Source of the DNA: an uncultured Nitrospiraceae bacterium
GTDB lineage: Bacteria; Nitrospirota; Thermodesulfovibrionia; Thermodesulfovibrionales; Dissulfurispiraceae
Assembly: GCA_963705105.1 (NCBI GenBank)
Contig: CAVPIW010000006.1
Span: 416,001 to 480,000 of the forward strand
Reading direction: 5' to 3'
DNA length: 64,000 bases
Part shown: piece by piece, positions 1 to 9,604 of the stretch
Layout of the letters: every line of letters starts with the position of its first letter
Position numbering within the stretch: position 1 is the first letter of the stretch
Made by a program: the position numbers and the translations under genes
The notes under the pieces: generated by a model
Told to the model about the DNA's origin: nothing
Database searches by the model: none
What the model saw: the letters and a program-made list of their open reading frames with translations, nothing else

Positions 1-766
1 TGAGTTCAACATGCTCGGCGAGGTGATGTGCGCCACCATCCATACGCATACAGTCGTCAGGAAGGGGCAACTCGTCGCAGGTACAAGGGCGATTCCGCTC
101 ATCATCAGGCGCGATATCGTTCAGGAGGCGGTGGATATCGCAAAATCTTCAGTGGGACTGCTCGACGTGGCTGAAATGAGGAGACCGAGGGCCGGCATCG
201 TCATTACAGGCAACGAGGTGTACAGCGGCAGGGTCAAGGATGCCTTTGCGCCGGTCATTACGAAGAAGATCGAACAGTACGGCGGCACGGTCGTCGGCGT
301 CGCCTATGCGCCCGATGACGAAAGGATCATCGGGGAAAGGCTGCGGGAGATGATCGAGGCCGGTGCCGACCTCCTCATCACGACGGGAGGGATGTCCGTC
401 GATCCCGATGACGTGACTCGGTTCGCAGTGCGCAGCCTTGGCGCTGTGGATATGACCTACGGATCGGCGGTTCTCCCCGGCGCCATGGTGCTCGTCGCGT
501 ATGTCGAAAACCAGTCGACGGCCGGCAGTCGCCAAGCAGCATTCAGGAAGCATCAAGCCAATACGGAGAGTAAGCAGGAGGTGATCCCTGTTCTGGGCAT
601 CCCCGCCTGCGGGATGTATCACAAGACGACGATCTTCGATCTCGTCCTGCCGCGAATCCTGGCAGGCGAGAGGATCGGGCGGCGCGAGCTGGCGGAACTC
701 GGTCACGGCGGCCTCTGCCTGAACTGCAAGGAATGCCGTTTCCCCGTCTGTCCCTTCGGGAAATGA
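1..766 (+). CDS. Molybdopterin-binding protein (MoeA/CinA-like MoCF domain, C-terminal Cys cluster), 5' truncated by window edge
   Basis: Motifs GIVITGNEV, LITTGGMSVDPDDVT, YGSAVLPG, GHGGLCLNCKECRFPVCPFGK; frame open to the window start. Confidence 0.8.
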   Translation, partial: EFNMLGEVMCATIHTHTVVRKGQLVAGTRAIPLIIRRDIVQEAVDIAKSSVGLLDVAEMRRPRAGIVITGNEVYSGRVKDAFAPVITKKIEQYGGTVVGVAYAPDDERIIGERLREMIEAGADLLITTGGMSVDPDDVTRFAVRSLGAVDMTYGSAVLPGAMVLVAYVENQSTAGSRQAAFRKHQANTESKQEVIPVLGIPACGMYHKTTIFDLVLPRILAGERIGRRELAELGHGGLCLNCKECRFPVCPFGK

Positions 767-806
767 GAAGCGTCGCCTCCCTGAGACATTCCGTTTCCCG
801 GACTCC

Positions 807-1421
807 ATGGGGTCACCTGTGAAACGTTGTGAATGGGCGAGCAGGACTGGGCTCGAGCAATCCTATCACGACAAGGAGTGGGGCGTACCGATTCACGACG
901 ACAGGAGCCTCTTCGAGTTCCTGGTGCTGGAAGGTGCGCAGGCAGGCTTGAGCTGGTCCACCATTCTGAGAAAGCGTGAAGCATACAGAAAAGCCTTCGA
1001 TAATTTTGACGCTCAAAAAATCTCCCGATACTCTGAGCATGACGTGTCACGATTGCTCGCTGATGCCGGAATTATTCGGAACAGGCTCAAGATCAACGCC
1101 GCCATCGCGAACACCGGCGCCTTCCTGCGGGTGCAGGAACAATTCGGAAGTTTTGACCGTTACATCTGGCAGTTTGTTAACGGAAGGCCTGTTCAGAACT
1201 CGTGGGAAAGGATGACCGATATTCCACCCAGCACTCCTGAGTCCGAAGCCATGAGCAGAGATCTGAAGGAGAGAGGGTTCAAATTCGTCGGGCCGACGAT
1301 ATGTTATGCCTTCATGCAGGCTGTCGGTATGGTCAACGATCATATCGTCGGTTGTTTCAGATACGCAGAGCTCAGGAATATGGATAAGCATGACAACAAG
1401 GAGGAAAAACAATGCTGGTGA
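807..1421 (+). CDS. tag: DNA-3-methyladenine glycosylase I
   Basis: RCEWA...[47 protein letters not shown] motifs. Confidence 0.95.
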   Translation: MGSPVKRCEWASRTGLEQSYHDKEWGVPIHDDRSLFEFLVLEGAQAGLSWSTILRKREAYRKAFDNFDAQKISRYSEHDVSRLLADAGIIRNRLKINAAIANTGAFLRVQEQFGSFDRYIWQFVNGRPVQNSWERMTDIPPSTPESEAMSRDLKERGFKFVGPTICYAFMQAVGMVNDHIVGCFRYAELRNMDKHDNKEEKQCW

Positions 1422-1732
1422 CAACGACTCCAGGGATTGAAGGCAAGCGCATCACGAAGTACTACGGTGTCGTCGCAGGTGAAGCGATTCTCGGCGCCAA
1501 CATCTTCAAGGATCTCTTTGCAGGCATCCGTGACCTCGTGGGAGGAAGGTCTGCCACATACGAGCGCGAACTGCAGCGGGCGAGGGATATTGCCCTGAAG
1601 GAGCTTCAGGAGAGGGCGATGGAGCTTGGCGCCAACGCCGTGGTCGGAGTGGACCTGGACTACGAGGTGCTTGGTGAAGGAAACGGAATGCTGATGGTTT
1701 CTGCGAGCGGAACGGCCGTATTAGTAGAATGA
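1412..1732 (+). CDS. YbjQ/UPF0145 family putative heavy-metal-binding protein
   Basis: 106 aa; [52 protein letters not shown] upstream. Confidence 0.9.
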   Translation: MLVTTTPGIEGKRITKYYGVVAGEAILGANIFKDLFAGIRDLVGGRSATYERELQRARDIALKELQERAMELGANAVVGVDLDYEVLGEGNGMLMVSASGTAVLVE

Positions 1733-1749
1733 CAAACGGACGAAGGCCC

Positions 1750-1968
1750 GTCCATCGAAGTGACTCATTGGCTGCAAGGGTTTCTTCAAATCCACGGCTT
1801 GCCTGAGTGACCGCCGACTCACCGAGACCAAAGGGTTCTGCAATCTCCTTCAACGACCAACCGCGGTAGCGGTGCGCAACGTAGAGGGTCGCCTTTTTCC
1901 TCAGTGCCGCATCGCCCCGGAACTCCTCGTCAACAGCGCCGATAATGTCATCCATAGATCGCCGCGTC
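1750..1968 (-). pseudogene. Relic of the C-terminal HTH (DnaA_C-like) part of a REP-associated/IS200-like tyrosine transposase
   Basis: Minus-strand translation DAALRKKATLYVAHRYRGWSLKEIAEPFGLGESAVTQASRGFE resembles the HTH tail of RAYT-type transposases; no HUH domain remains; truncated at a repeat element. Confidence 0.55.
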
Positions 1969-1969
1969 A

Positions 1970-2136
1970 ATCTTATCGTTGCAATACACTCCCGGGAAAG
2001 GCGGGGCTGGGCGTATGCGCCGAAAACCTTGCTGCGGCGACTCCTGTATCGCGATGACCTTTTTGCTGACACTCACACTGTCACTGACACTGTTTTTCAG
2101 AGTGCTTCGCCCCGCCTTTCAATGCAACGACAAGGT
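1970..2136 (+). mobile_element. Dispersed TIR element (MITE-like) copy 1, arms A-X
   Basis: Ends ATCTTATCGTTGCA / TGCAACGACAAGGT; subterminal AAAGGCGGGGC / GCCCCGCCTTT; internal TGACAC array. Confidence 0.75.
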
Positions 2137-2356
2137 CAACACTTTCAGGGTTGCGAAATCGTTGCTTTTCCCGTGAAGACTGTTTCGACGGTCGATGCCA
2201 CAAAGGATGGCATCCTGATAAAGGAACTTAGAATGATCAAAGGTAAAGGGACGACCTCGCCCTGACTGACACTGACACCGACACTCTTCTGCATGTAGTA
2301 TAAAAGATGCTGTTAAACCTTATTGATTCCCCGATGTCCCATAATTCAGAGATACG

Positions 2357-2905
2357 GTGATGGACGAAGACATCCGGTTGATTGAAGATCATCTTTCCGG
2401 CCGGGACGGCGCCCTCGATGAACTCGTTGTCAAGTACCAGAAGATGATATTCGGACTTACGTACCGCATGACACATGACGTGGAAGACGCGAAGGACCTG
2501 ACGCAGAAGACGTTTCTCCAGGCATTCAGGGGCCTCGGGAACTTCAGGAGGGATGCCTCCTTCAAGACCTGGCTCTACCAGATCGCGATCAACACGTGCA
2601 TCAGTCACGTGAGAAAAAAAGGGTATGACGAACGTGAAGTGGACGACACGATTGCGGGAAAGCAGCAGGGCGCCCTCTCGGAGCTGATCGAAAAGGAAAA
2701 GAAGGAGTATATAAAAGAATGTCTCTCGTCGCTTCCGGAGCGTCAGAGGGCGGCGCTGGTGCTGAGGGTGTACGAGGGGCTCAGCTGCGCCGAGACCGCC
2801 TCGGCGATGGGATGTTCCGAAGGCGCAGTCAAGGCCCACTATCATCATGCAGTGAAGAAGCTGCGAAATCTGTTTGCGGAGAAAGGATATGAAGTCAGGA
2901 CATGA
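2357..2905 (+). CDS. ECF RNA polymerase sigma factor
   Basis: Region 2 DAKDLTQKTF...FKTWLYQIAIN; region 4 LPERQRAALVLRVYEGLSCAETASAMGCSEGAVKAH. Confidence 0.93.
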   Translation: MMDEDIRLIEDHLSGRDGALDELVVKYQKMIFGLTYRMTHDVEDAKDLTQKTFLQAFRGLGNFRRDASFKTWLYQIAINTCISHVRKKGYDEREVDDTIAGKQQGALSELIEKEKKEYIKECLSSLPERQRAALVLRVYEGLSCAETASAMGCSEGAVKAHYHHAVKKLRNLFAEKGYEVRT

Positions 2906-3461
2906 CGAAATAGGAAACCTGCTGCCCGAATATGCCAGGGGCGCGTTGCCCGGCGAGAGGTATGAAGCCGTTGAGGATCATCTCCGGGAGTGCGCGGAGT
3001 GCCGGGAAGAGCGGGAGATGCTGGTAACCCTCTCGGAGGTTGCCGTGCCGGATCCGGGAGACCTCTACTGGAAGACCCTCCCGCAGCGCGTGAGGGGCGA
3101 CCTGAAAGAGCCGCAATCCCCGTCGCGATGGTCGTCCATTGTGTCTTTCCTCCTGAGACCGTTGCCGGTTGCGGCGGCTGCCGTTCTGATGATCTTCGTC
3201 CTGGTGTTGTCTCTATCGTCAAACCGGGAGGTGCAGACCGTCGACCCCCTGTTTCAGGACCCCCTGAGGGCAGACATTCTTGACTACTCCGACATCAACG
3301 AGAGGGATGTCTCCATGATAGCGAGGCGGATGATCGCCGAGACTGACGCACCGATAGAGAACTTCTCTGACGAACCCTATCACCGGGACCTCGCAACGCT
3401 CGATGCGCGTGAGGTCAGGACGCTCGCAGAGGAACTGGAAAGAGAGCAACGAGGAGGTTAA
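2889..3461 (+). CDS. Zinc-finger (zf-HC2) membrane anti-sigma factor
   Basis: HLRECAEC motif, single TM helix, overlaps sigma stop. Confidence 0.85.
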   Translation: MKSGHDEIGNLLPEYARGALPGERYEAVEDHLRECAECREEREMLVTLSEVAVPDPGDLYWKTLPQRVRGDLKEPQSPSRWSSIVSFLLRPLPVAAAAVLMIFVLVLSLSSNREVQTVDPLFQDPLRADILDYSDINERDVSMIARRMIAETDAPIENFSDEPYHRDLATLDAREVRTLAEELEREQRGG

Positions 3462-3979
3462 TGATAATGATGAGGAAGATGAAGATCATTGTCCTGTGTC
3501 TGGTGGTTTCCGGCGTGCTGAATCCCGGGACCGGCAATGCCGAACAACAGGATGGAGAGCACATCATGACGAGGGCGCAGATGGAAAAGGTGAGGGAGCG
3601 AATCGAGACCCTGAAGATGCTGAGGATGACAAAGGCGCTCGAACTGGATGAACGTTCATCGGCCCTCGTTTTTCCTCTCCTGAACAGATACGATAAGAAA
3701 CGGGCCGATATCGAACTCTCCCTTTGGAACGGTCTGCGGGAGCTGAGGGAGTCGCTGAAAGAAAAACGTGAAACAAGGCTCAGGGCCCTGATTGAAAAAA
3801 TCGAGTCCGATCACAAAACCATCGAGCGGATCAACGACGAAGAGCGGGTTGAGCTGAAAAAGGTACTGAGCGTTGAGCAGCAGGCCCGGTTTATCCTCTT
3901 CCAGCGGGAATTCAACAGGGACATCAAGAGGATCATCACGGACACCCGGGAAAGAAGGCTTGAAAAGACCCGACAGTAG
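3461..3979 (+). CDS. Periplasmic helical protein (Spy/CpxP-like)
   Basis: Signal peptide, charged helical sequence, VLSVEQQARF motif; third gene of the ECF operon. Confidence 0.65.
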   Translation: MIMMRKMKIIVLCLVVSGVLNPGTGNAEQQDGEHIMTRAQMEKVRERIETLKMLRMTKALELDERSSALVFPLLNRYDKKRADIELSLWNGLRELRESLKEKRETRLRALIEKIESDHKTIERINDEERVELKKVLSVEQQARFILFQREFNRDIKRIITDTRERRLEKTRQ

Positions 3980-3983
3980 GTAA

Positions 3984-4176
3984 ACCTTATCGTTGCACCC
4001 GGGCATCCGGAAAAGCGGGGCGAAGATGGCGAAAAGCCTTGGTGCTGCGAAACCTTTGCCTTCCCATACGGATCATGTCAGGCTGACGGTTGAAAGAAGG
4101 TGAACCTTCTGCTGATACTGACACTGACACTGTCTTTCAGAGCACTTTGTCCCGCCTTTTCATTCAACTGGTAAGT
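3984..4176 (+). mobile_element. Dispersed TIR element copy 2, arms B-X
   Basis: ACCTTATCGTTGCA start; AAAAGCGGGGCG; TGACAC array; GTCCCGCCTTTT..TTCAAC end. Confidence 0.75.
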
Positions 4177-4203
4177 AAAGTTTTCCCCTCCCGCCTCCGA
4201 TAG
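4176..4203 (+). promoter_or_regulatory. Possible sigma28-type promoter
   Basis: TAAAGTTT-N12-TCCGATAG versus the consensus TAAAGTTT-N11-GCCGATAA, ~50 nt before the 4255 ATG. Confidence 0.3.
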
Positions 4204-4254
4204 ATGAGAAAAGCACAGAGATGCATAATGCCCATCTCATGGAGGAGGCGCACA

Positions 4255-4578
4255 ATGAGAAACTTGCTTGGCTTGATGATCGGCACGGCCCTCATTATTC
4301 TTGCATCGCAATCCGCCCAGGGAAACCCTGAAGACCCCGGCATCCGCAACAGGATCCACGAACAGCAGCAGAGGATAGACCAGGGCGTTGCATCGGGAGA
4401 GCTCACCCCTGCCGAGGCGCGCCGTGCCCAGACCAATCTGAACAGGATCAGGGCGGAGGAAAATCGTTTGAAAGCCGACGGCACACTGACGAAACAGGAA
4501 CGGGTACACCTCCAGCGCGAACTGGACCGAAGCAGCGACTCGATTTACCATAGGAAGCACAACCAGAAGAGAAGGTAG
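4255..4578 (+). CDS. Small secreted protein with repeated QQRIxQGVxSGELT / DGTLT helical motif
   Basis: RBS GGAGGAGG, signal peptide, RIHEQQQRIDQGVASGELTPAEA and ADGTLTKQER motifs. Confidence 0.8.
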   Translation: MRNLLGLMIGTALIILASQSAQGNPEDPGIRNRIHEQQQRIDQGVASGELTPAEARRAQTNLNRIRAEENRLKADGTLTKQERVHLQRELDRSSDSIYHRKHNQKRR

Positions 4579-4603
4579 CAAACCGAATGCACGGGCCTAA
4601 GGG

Positions 4604-5305
4604 CTATCCCCTCCACTTCCGGCAGCGGAGCACGACCGCCCCGAGAACGATGAAATTGCCGAGAAGAAAGACGCCCCAACTGAAGTTTCCCGGCATATAC
4701 CGGGAGACCTTCTGCTGCAGCCGATCGGCGGAAAAACCCCCTCGGGAGAGTTCCTGCAGCACGATGAGTCCGTAGTCCCGAACGAAAGAAAAGAGTATAA
4801 AGACAGCCCCGACAAGCACCGGAATCCCGACAGCCGCCGTGTTTGCCTGTTCCGGTCCCGGGGCATCATCTGTGAGGATGCAGGCGGCCATGACCAGCAT
4901 CGTCAGAGAGCACAGGACCGGCGCCAGCACAGGCCCTGCCCAGATGACGGGGATGAGAAAAAGGATGTCCCATGTCATGAGGGAAGGGGGCCAGTCGATG
5001 AGGACCCGGAGCCAGAGATAATAGAAGATGTCCCAGAGACCGAAAGCGATCAGGAAGGAGGCAAGGCGCTGACTCCTGTTCCGTCCGGCTATGATCGCGA
5101 CGGACAGGAGCATGACGATCGTCGCCGCCTCCCTCCCCACTTCGGTTGCGTAGATGGATGGTGGCAGAATGCCAAGGGGAAAGGAGAAGCCCTGAGGGTA
5201 ATAGAGTTCCCTCAGGTAGATGACGACCGCCGCCTCAGCATAGGCCATGGCGATGGCAAAAAACGCCAGGGAGATGATCATCTTTCCGGTCATTGACCGA
5301 ACCAT
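4604..5305 (-). CDS. Conserved hypothetical integral membrane protein
   Basis: Several TM helices; AMAYAEAAVVIYLR, EVGREAATIVML, WDIFYY, WDILFLIP motifs. Confidence 0.75.
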   Translation of the reverse strand: MVRSMTGKMIISLAFFAIAMAYAEAAVVIYLRELYYPQGFSFPLGILPPSIYATEVGREAATIVMLLSVAIIAGRNRSQRLASFLIAFGLWDIFYYLWLRVLIDWPPSLMTWDILFLIPVIWAGPVLAPVLCSLTMLVMAACILTDDAPGPEQANTAAVGIPVLVGAVFILFSFVRDYGLIVLQELSRGGFSADRLQQKVSRYMPGNFSWGVFLLGNFIVLGAVVLRCRKWRG

Positions 5306-5337
5306 ACCGTTCTACAAACCCCGTCCCATGAACCGTC

Positions 5338-5396
5338 TTCGTCTACTGTATTCTGAATTCTGTATTCTATATTCTGTCTTTGCGACCCGCAACGTC
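5338..5396. repeat. Degenerate heptamer array (TATTCTG class)
   Basis: tctactg tattctg aattctg tattcta tattctg followed by gacccgcaac. Confidence 0.7.
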
Positions 5397-5397
5397 T

Positions 5398-6855
5398 CTA
5401 ATATCTCATCTTCACCCTGTATGTGAGCTTGACCTCCCTGTCGACGGGGACGGCGATCCTGAACTCGGCGATGGACGCCTCGGTCTTGACGAACTCGTGG
5501 GACGTGGAGACCATCGTCCAGTCGCCCGGTATGGGCTCGACGACCTTGACCGTCACATCCTCCTTCTTGTGATTTCTCAGCGTGATCTCGAAGGCAGCCT
5601 CGTACGTGTCATAGGCGATCTTTTTCCAGTCCGTCTGCTTCCTCGTGACGGCCACATCGAAGGCCTCGCCGAGCTTGATCCTGATCTTCTCGTCCTTCGG
5701 GGTGTGATCGATGGCGTCTTCGCCCACAAACTGGAGGCTTCCCTCGCTGTCCTGCTTGTAGACCCTGACAGTACCCTTCGGCAGGGGCATGCCGAGGTTG
5801 TTCGCCTTCCTGTTCTCGATCTCCACATAGACACCGACTTTCTGTGTCGGCGCTGCGTCCCCGTACCTGCTGGTATAAAAATGCCGGCCTCCGCGGTACA
5901 GGAGCTCCTTTCTGACGGGCACCTTTTCCGCCTCGAGGAGCCGGATCTGCTTCGTCTGGTTCTCCTTGATCGTCGACGGTCTCTGGAGGGTGTAGATGTG
6001 ATATTCGAAGAACTCCTCCTCCTTGAACTGGGGCGCCGCGGGCAATGCCTCGGCCTTCGCCATGCGGTACATCCGGTCCCTGTATTCCTGCTCGTCCTTC
6101 ACCCTGTGGACGTCACCGGCGACGAGCTTGAGCGACGCATTCCTGTATGTCGTACCGCTCCTGTTGTCGATGGTGACCCATCCTGTGAGATCGGCCCGGT
6201 CATCGCCAGCATTCAGGGTCACCACGTAGTCGGCCCGCCAGGTGATGCCGTTCGTGAGATAGGAAGCCTCCACCTTCTGGGCCGATGAGAGGCTGTTCCG
6301 GAACATCCAGACGAGGGTCGGCTGCGATATGAGGTTTTCGGGAACGCCGGGGAAAACGACCCGCCCGGGATGGCCGAAGGTGATCTCATCGCCGATCCTG
6401 TAGATCGGCCCGCCGTTGTTCGAAAGGAGAAGGGCGTTCACGACTTCCTCCCGCTCCGTGTAGGGATTCTTCGTGAAGAGTTTCACCTCCTTGCCGACAT
6501 ACTTGTCCATGAGTTTCTGGGGGTTCAGGAGGTCGTACTCGTAGTTCTGCTCCAGCACGTCGAGGCTGGACGGGTCGGTGAGAGACTTGATGTGGACGCT
6601 GGCAGGGATGACCTGCGACGCCACATCCATGAACCGCAGTTCCCCCGTCCCCTGCGGCAGGGGGATGGTGCGCTGGTCCTTCACGAGCCCGAGATTGACG
6701 TTGTAAATCGTGACGGCCACGCCTGTCTGGTCTTTCCCGTCAGACGAGAGCAGCTTCGGAGCAGCCCGCTCATCAGCGGCGGCAGGCGCGGCAAAGAACA
6801 GGAGTGCGGCAACAAAAAGCACAGAATGAATGCAATGAGACGGGATCAGTTTCAT
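5398..6855 (-). CDS. DUF4139-domain secreted protein
   Basis: Signal peptide; VTIYNVNLGLVKD, EQNYEYDLL, SYLTNGITWRADY, EEFFEYHIYTL, GMPLPKG, GEDAIDHTPKDE. Confidence 0.85.
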   Translation of the reverse strand: MKLIPSHCIHSVLFVAALLFFAAPAAADERAAPKLLSSDGKDQTGVAVTIYNVNLGLVKDQRTIPLPQGTGELRFMDVASQVIPASVHIKSLTDPSSLDVLEQNYEYDLLNPQKLMDKYVGKEVKLFTKNPYTEREEVVNALLLSNNGGPIYRIGDEITFGHPGRVVFPGVPENLISQPTLVWMFRNSLSSAQKVEASYLTNGITWRADYVVTLNAGDDRADLTGWVTIDNRSGTTYRNASLKLVAGDVHRVKDEQEYRDRMYRMAKAEALPAAPQFKEEEFFEYHIYTLQRPSTIKENQTKQIRLLEAEKVPVRKELLYRGGRHFYTSRYGDAAPTQKVGVYVEIENRKANNLGMPLPKGTVRVYKQDSEGSLQFVGEDAIDHTPKDEKIRIKLGEAFDVAVTRKQTDWKKIAYDTYEAAFEITLRNHKKEDVTVKVVEPIPGDWTMVSTSHEFVKTEASIAEFRIAVPVDREVKLTYRVKMRY

Positions 6856-6933
6856 GAAAACCTCCTTGTTGAGTCCTTCAAGGCGGGCTGAAGCGCCTTG
6901 CATTTCCTGACGGTGCAGGCTACGATAGGTTTC

Positions 6934-7093
6934 ACCTTATTATTGCATACGCCCGACCGAAAGGCGAGGTGTATGCGCCGAAAAGGCGTCGGCGGGCTTT
7001 GAACCATGTCTGCCCTCCCGGAGACCACACCGTTACGGGCAAAACCTTGAGGCGTTTCGTCCCGCCTTTGCGGAAGGCCTATGCGACAAGTGT
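6934..7093 (+). mobile_element. Dispersed TIR element copy 3 (degenerate), arms A-Y
   Basis: ACCTTATTATTGCA; AAAGGCGAGGTGTATGCGCCGAAAA; TTGAGGCGTTTCGTCCCGCCTTT. Confidence 0.6.
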
Positions 7094-7165
7094 AACATGC
7101 TGGATTTCCACGGACATTTTCGGCTATGCTATCAGGGGGGGAAGTTCAGGGCCAAAATCAGGATC

Positions 7166-7325
7166 TGTCCGTAAATACAGATGTTCAGTTTGTTTGTCAT
7201 TTCGGCTCTTGTCCTCGCACGGCCGAGGATCAGTACGGAATCTTTCTTTTTTCAGAAGGATTCCCGACGCCCCCGCATCAAGTGCGGGGTTGCGGGAATG
7301 ACAGATTAAGGTTTCGTTGTGGACA
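7166..7325. repeat. Palindromic element containing a GTCATT..GGAATC / GATTCCC..GGGAATGAC REP-like pair
   Basis: TGTCCGTAA...TTGTGGACA ends; ATTCCCG..CCCCGCA-TCAAG-TGCGGGG..CGGGAATGAC at 7260-7302. Confidence 0.55.
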
Positions 7326-7407
7326 TATGCTGATTCCAGTCTCGACCAGTCCTTTTTCATCACGACCGATGAAATAAATTTCTTGAAATAACCGATAGGG
7401 AGAAGGT

Positions 7408-7830
7408 ATGAGCAAATTACGAGTCGTCGATGCGGAGCGTTGCGTCGGCTGCCAGAGCTGCATGTTCGCCTGTGCCAGGCGCCGCGGCGAGGGCGGCATT
7501 GCCGAATCCTGCATCCATGTCAGGTCGACAGGGGGTATGGAGCGCGGGTTCACCGTCGTCGTCTGCAACGCCTGCGAGGATCCGCCCTGTGTCAAGGTCT
7601 GTCCCACCGAAGCGATTTCCCAGTCAAAGGGCAGGGCCATCATGCTCGATTTCAGCAAGTGCTCGGGCTGCGGGTTCTGCAAGACCGCCTGCATCATCGG
7701 CGCCATCTTCTGGAACGAGGAGACGAACAAGCCGATGATCTGCTCCCAGTGCGGGTACTGCTCCAATTATTGCCCTTACGGGGTCCTGAAATCGGAGAAA
7801 GCGGGAGGTGAGAGCCTTGTTGAAAAATGA
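7408..7830 (+). CDS. 4Fe-4S dicluster protein (AOR partner subunit)
   Basis: CVGCQSCMFAC, CNACEDPPCVKVCP, CSGCGFCKTAC, CSQCGYCSNYCP. Confidence 0.9.
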   Translation: MSKLRVVDAERCVGCQSCMFACARRRGEGGIAESCIHVRSTGGMERGFTVVVCNACEDPPCVKVCPTEAISQSKGRAIMLDFSKCSGCGFCKTACIIGAIFWNEETNKPMICSQCGYCSNYCPYGVLKSEKAGGESLVEK

Positions 7831-9601
7831 TCCCCTTGCCAATGTCCTCCATGTGGATCTTTCGAAAAAGCGCTATTGGGTCGAGCGGCGTGAGGAGCTC
7901 TTTGAGCAGTATCTCGGCGGCGCCGGCGTGGCGGCACAGCTTCTCCTCGAGCATTGCCCCGAGGGGGCTGATCCTCTTGGGCCTGAAAACCCGATCATCT
8001 TCGCCGTGGGGCCCCTCACCGGTCTTTTCCCCCTTGCTTCAAAGACGGTGGCCATGTTCAAGTCGCCCCACACGGGCAACCTCGGCGAGAGCCATGCCGG
8101 GGGCAGGAGCGCCGTCTCTATTCGGATGGCCGGCTACGGCGCTATAGTCATCAAGGGCGCCAACGACTACCCCTGTTATATATCGATTCACGGAGACAAG
8201 GTCTTCTTCCGCGATGCGTCGTCACTCTGGGGCATGGAGAACACCTTCGGCACGGGCCGCATCATAAGGGAAAACGAGCCCTCGTCGGGGCAGCGCACGA
8301 TCATGCGCATCGGCTCGGCCGGTGAAAAGCTCGTTTCTTATGCCTGTGTCATCACCGAGACGTACCGCCATTTCGGCAGGCTCGGGCTCGGGGCCGTCTT
8401 CGGATCGAAGAAACTCAAGGCCGTCGTTGTCTCCGGCAAGAGGTCATTGCCGACCCTGGACAAGAAGGAATACCGCACAGTCTACGATGAGATCTTCAAG
8501 GCTGCCGTCTCATCGCCGGTCATGAAGAAGTACCACGACCTCGGGACACCGGAAAACGTGAAGCCCCTCAACCTCTTCGGCGGACTGCCGACGAGGAATC
8601 TCAGGACGGGACATTTCGAGGGGGCCGACAAGATATCGGGCGAGTCCTTCGCCGAGAAATATCTGGGCCGCAGGCTCGCCTGTTCGCACTGCCCCGTCGG
8701 GTGCATCCACATCGCCGCGCTCAGGGAGCCCCATCCGCACGAGCTGTATTTCTATAAGACGACTATGATCTCCTATGACTATGAGCTCATCTTCGCCCTG
8801 GGCTCCATGCTCGGCATCGCCGACCCCGAAGGGATCCTGAAGCTCATCGATGCCGTCGAGTCCTACGGCATCGATGCCATGAGCACCGGCGTCATTCTCG
8901 CCTGGGCCACGGAGGCGCAGGGCAGGGGGATCATCTCCGACGCCGAAACGCTCGGCATCAAGCTCGACTGGGGGAACTATCTCTCCTACATAGAGGCATT
9001 GAAGTACATCGTCGAACAGCCCAACGACTTTTACCGGGCCCTCGCAAAGGGAGTTGACCACGCGGCCGCAATTTACGGGGGCGCTGACTATGCCATGGCC
9101 TTCGGCGGGAACGAAATGGCAGGGTATCACACGGGACCGGGAGCGCACGTGGGATTCCTCGTCGGAGCCCGCCACAGCCACCTCGACAACGGGGGCTATG
9201 CCGTCGACCAGAAGATCATGGTGAAGAAGAAACTGAGTCCCGAGGACCTGGCCCAGGAGCTGTTGAAGGAGGAGAAATGGCGCCAGATCATGTCGAGCCT
9301 CGTCACGTGCTTCTTCGCCCGCGGACTCTATACGACCGAAACGGTCATCAAGGCCCTGCACGTTGCGGGATTCGAGCTCACAGCCGATGACCTTGACCGG
9401 ATCGGCGACGAGATCCACCGAGCGAAGTACATCTTCAAGCTCCGGGAGGGGTTCAGCTTCGACGACCTCCGTATCCCGAAGCGGACCATGGAGACGATGT
9501 CACCCGTCGGACCGATCGACGAGGAGTACATGAGAAAGGCGATCGATGCGGTCAAACAGGCCCTCGTCTCGGCCGGACCGACCCCGAAAGAAACAGCGTG
9601 A
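7817..9601 (+). CDS. Aldehyde:ferredoxin oxidoreductase family protein (tungstopterin)
   Basis: KSPHTG...SHAGG, GRLGLGAVFGSKKLKAV, CSHCPVGC, DYE, GIDAMSTG; start codon approximate. Confidence 0.92.
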   Translation: MLKNDPLANVLHVDLSKKRYWVERREELFEQYLGGAGVAAQLLLEHCPEGADPLGPENPIIFAVGPLTGLFPLASKTVAMFKSPHTGNLGESHAGGRSAVSIRMAGYGAIVIKGANDYPCYISIHGDKVFFRDASSLWGMENTFGTGRIIRENEPSSGQRTIMRIGSAGEKLVSYACVITETYRHFGRLGLGAVFGSKKLKAVVVSGKRSLPTLDKKEYRTVYDEIFKAAVSSPVMKKYHDLGTPENVKPLNLFGGLPTRNLRTGHFEGADKISGESFAEKYLGRRLACSHCPVGCIHIAALREPHPHELYFYKTTMISYDYELIFALGSMLGIADPEGILKLIDAVESYGIDAMSTGVILAWATEAQGRGIISDAETLGIKLDWGNYLSYIEALKYIVEQPNDFYRALAKGVDHAAAIYGGADYAMAFGGNEMAGYHTGPGAHVGFLVGARHSHLDNGGYAVDQKIMVKKKLSPEDLAQELLKEEKWRQIMSSLVTCFFARGLYTTETVIKALHVAGFELTADDLDRIGDEIHRAKYIFKLREGFSFDDLRIPKRTMETMSPVGPIDEEYMRKAIDAVKQALVSAGPTPKETA

Positions 9602-9604
9602 TGA

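Noticed and set aside
1506..2265. ORFs crossing the repeat elements (LTLTLSLTL, VSVSVSV peptides; also 29677-29940, 44837-45058, 63462-63728)
   Set aside because: These are translations of TGACAC arrays and element arms without RBS or protein-like composition.
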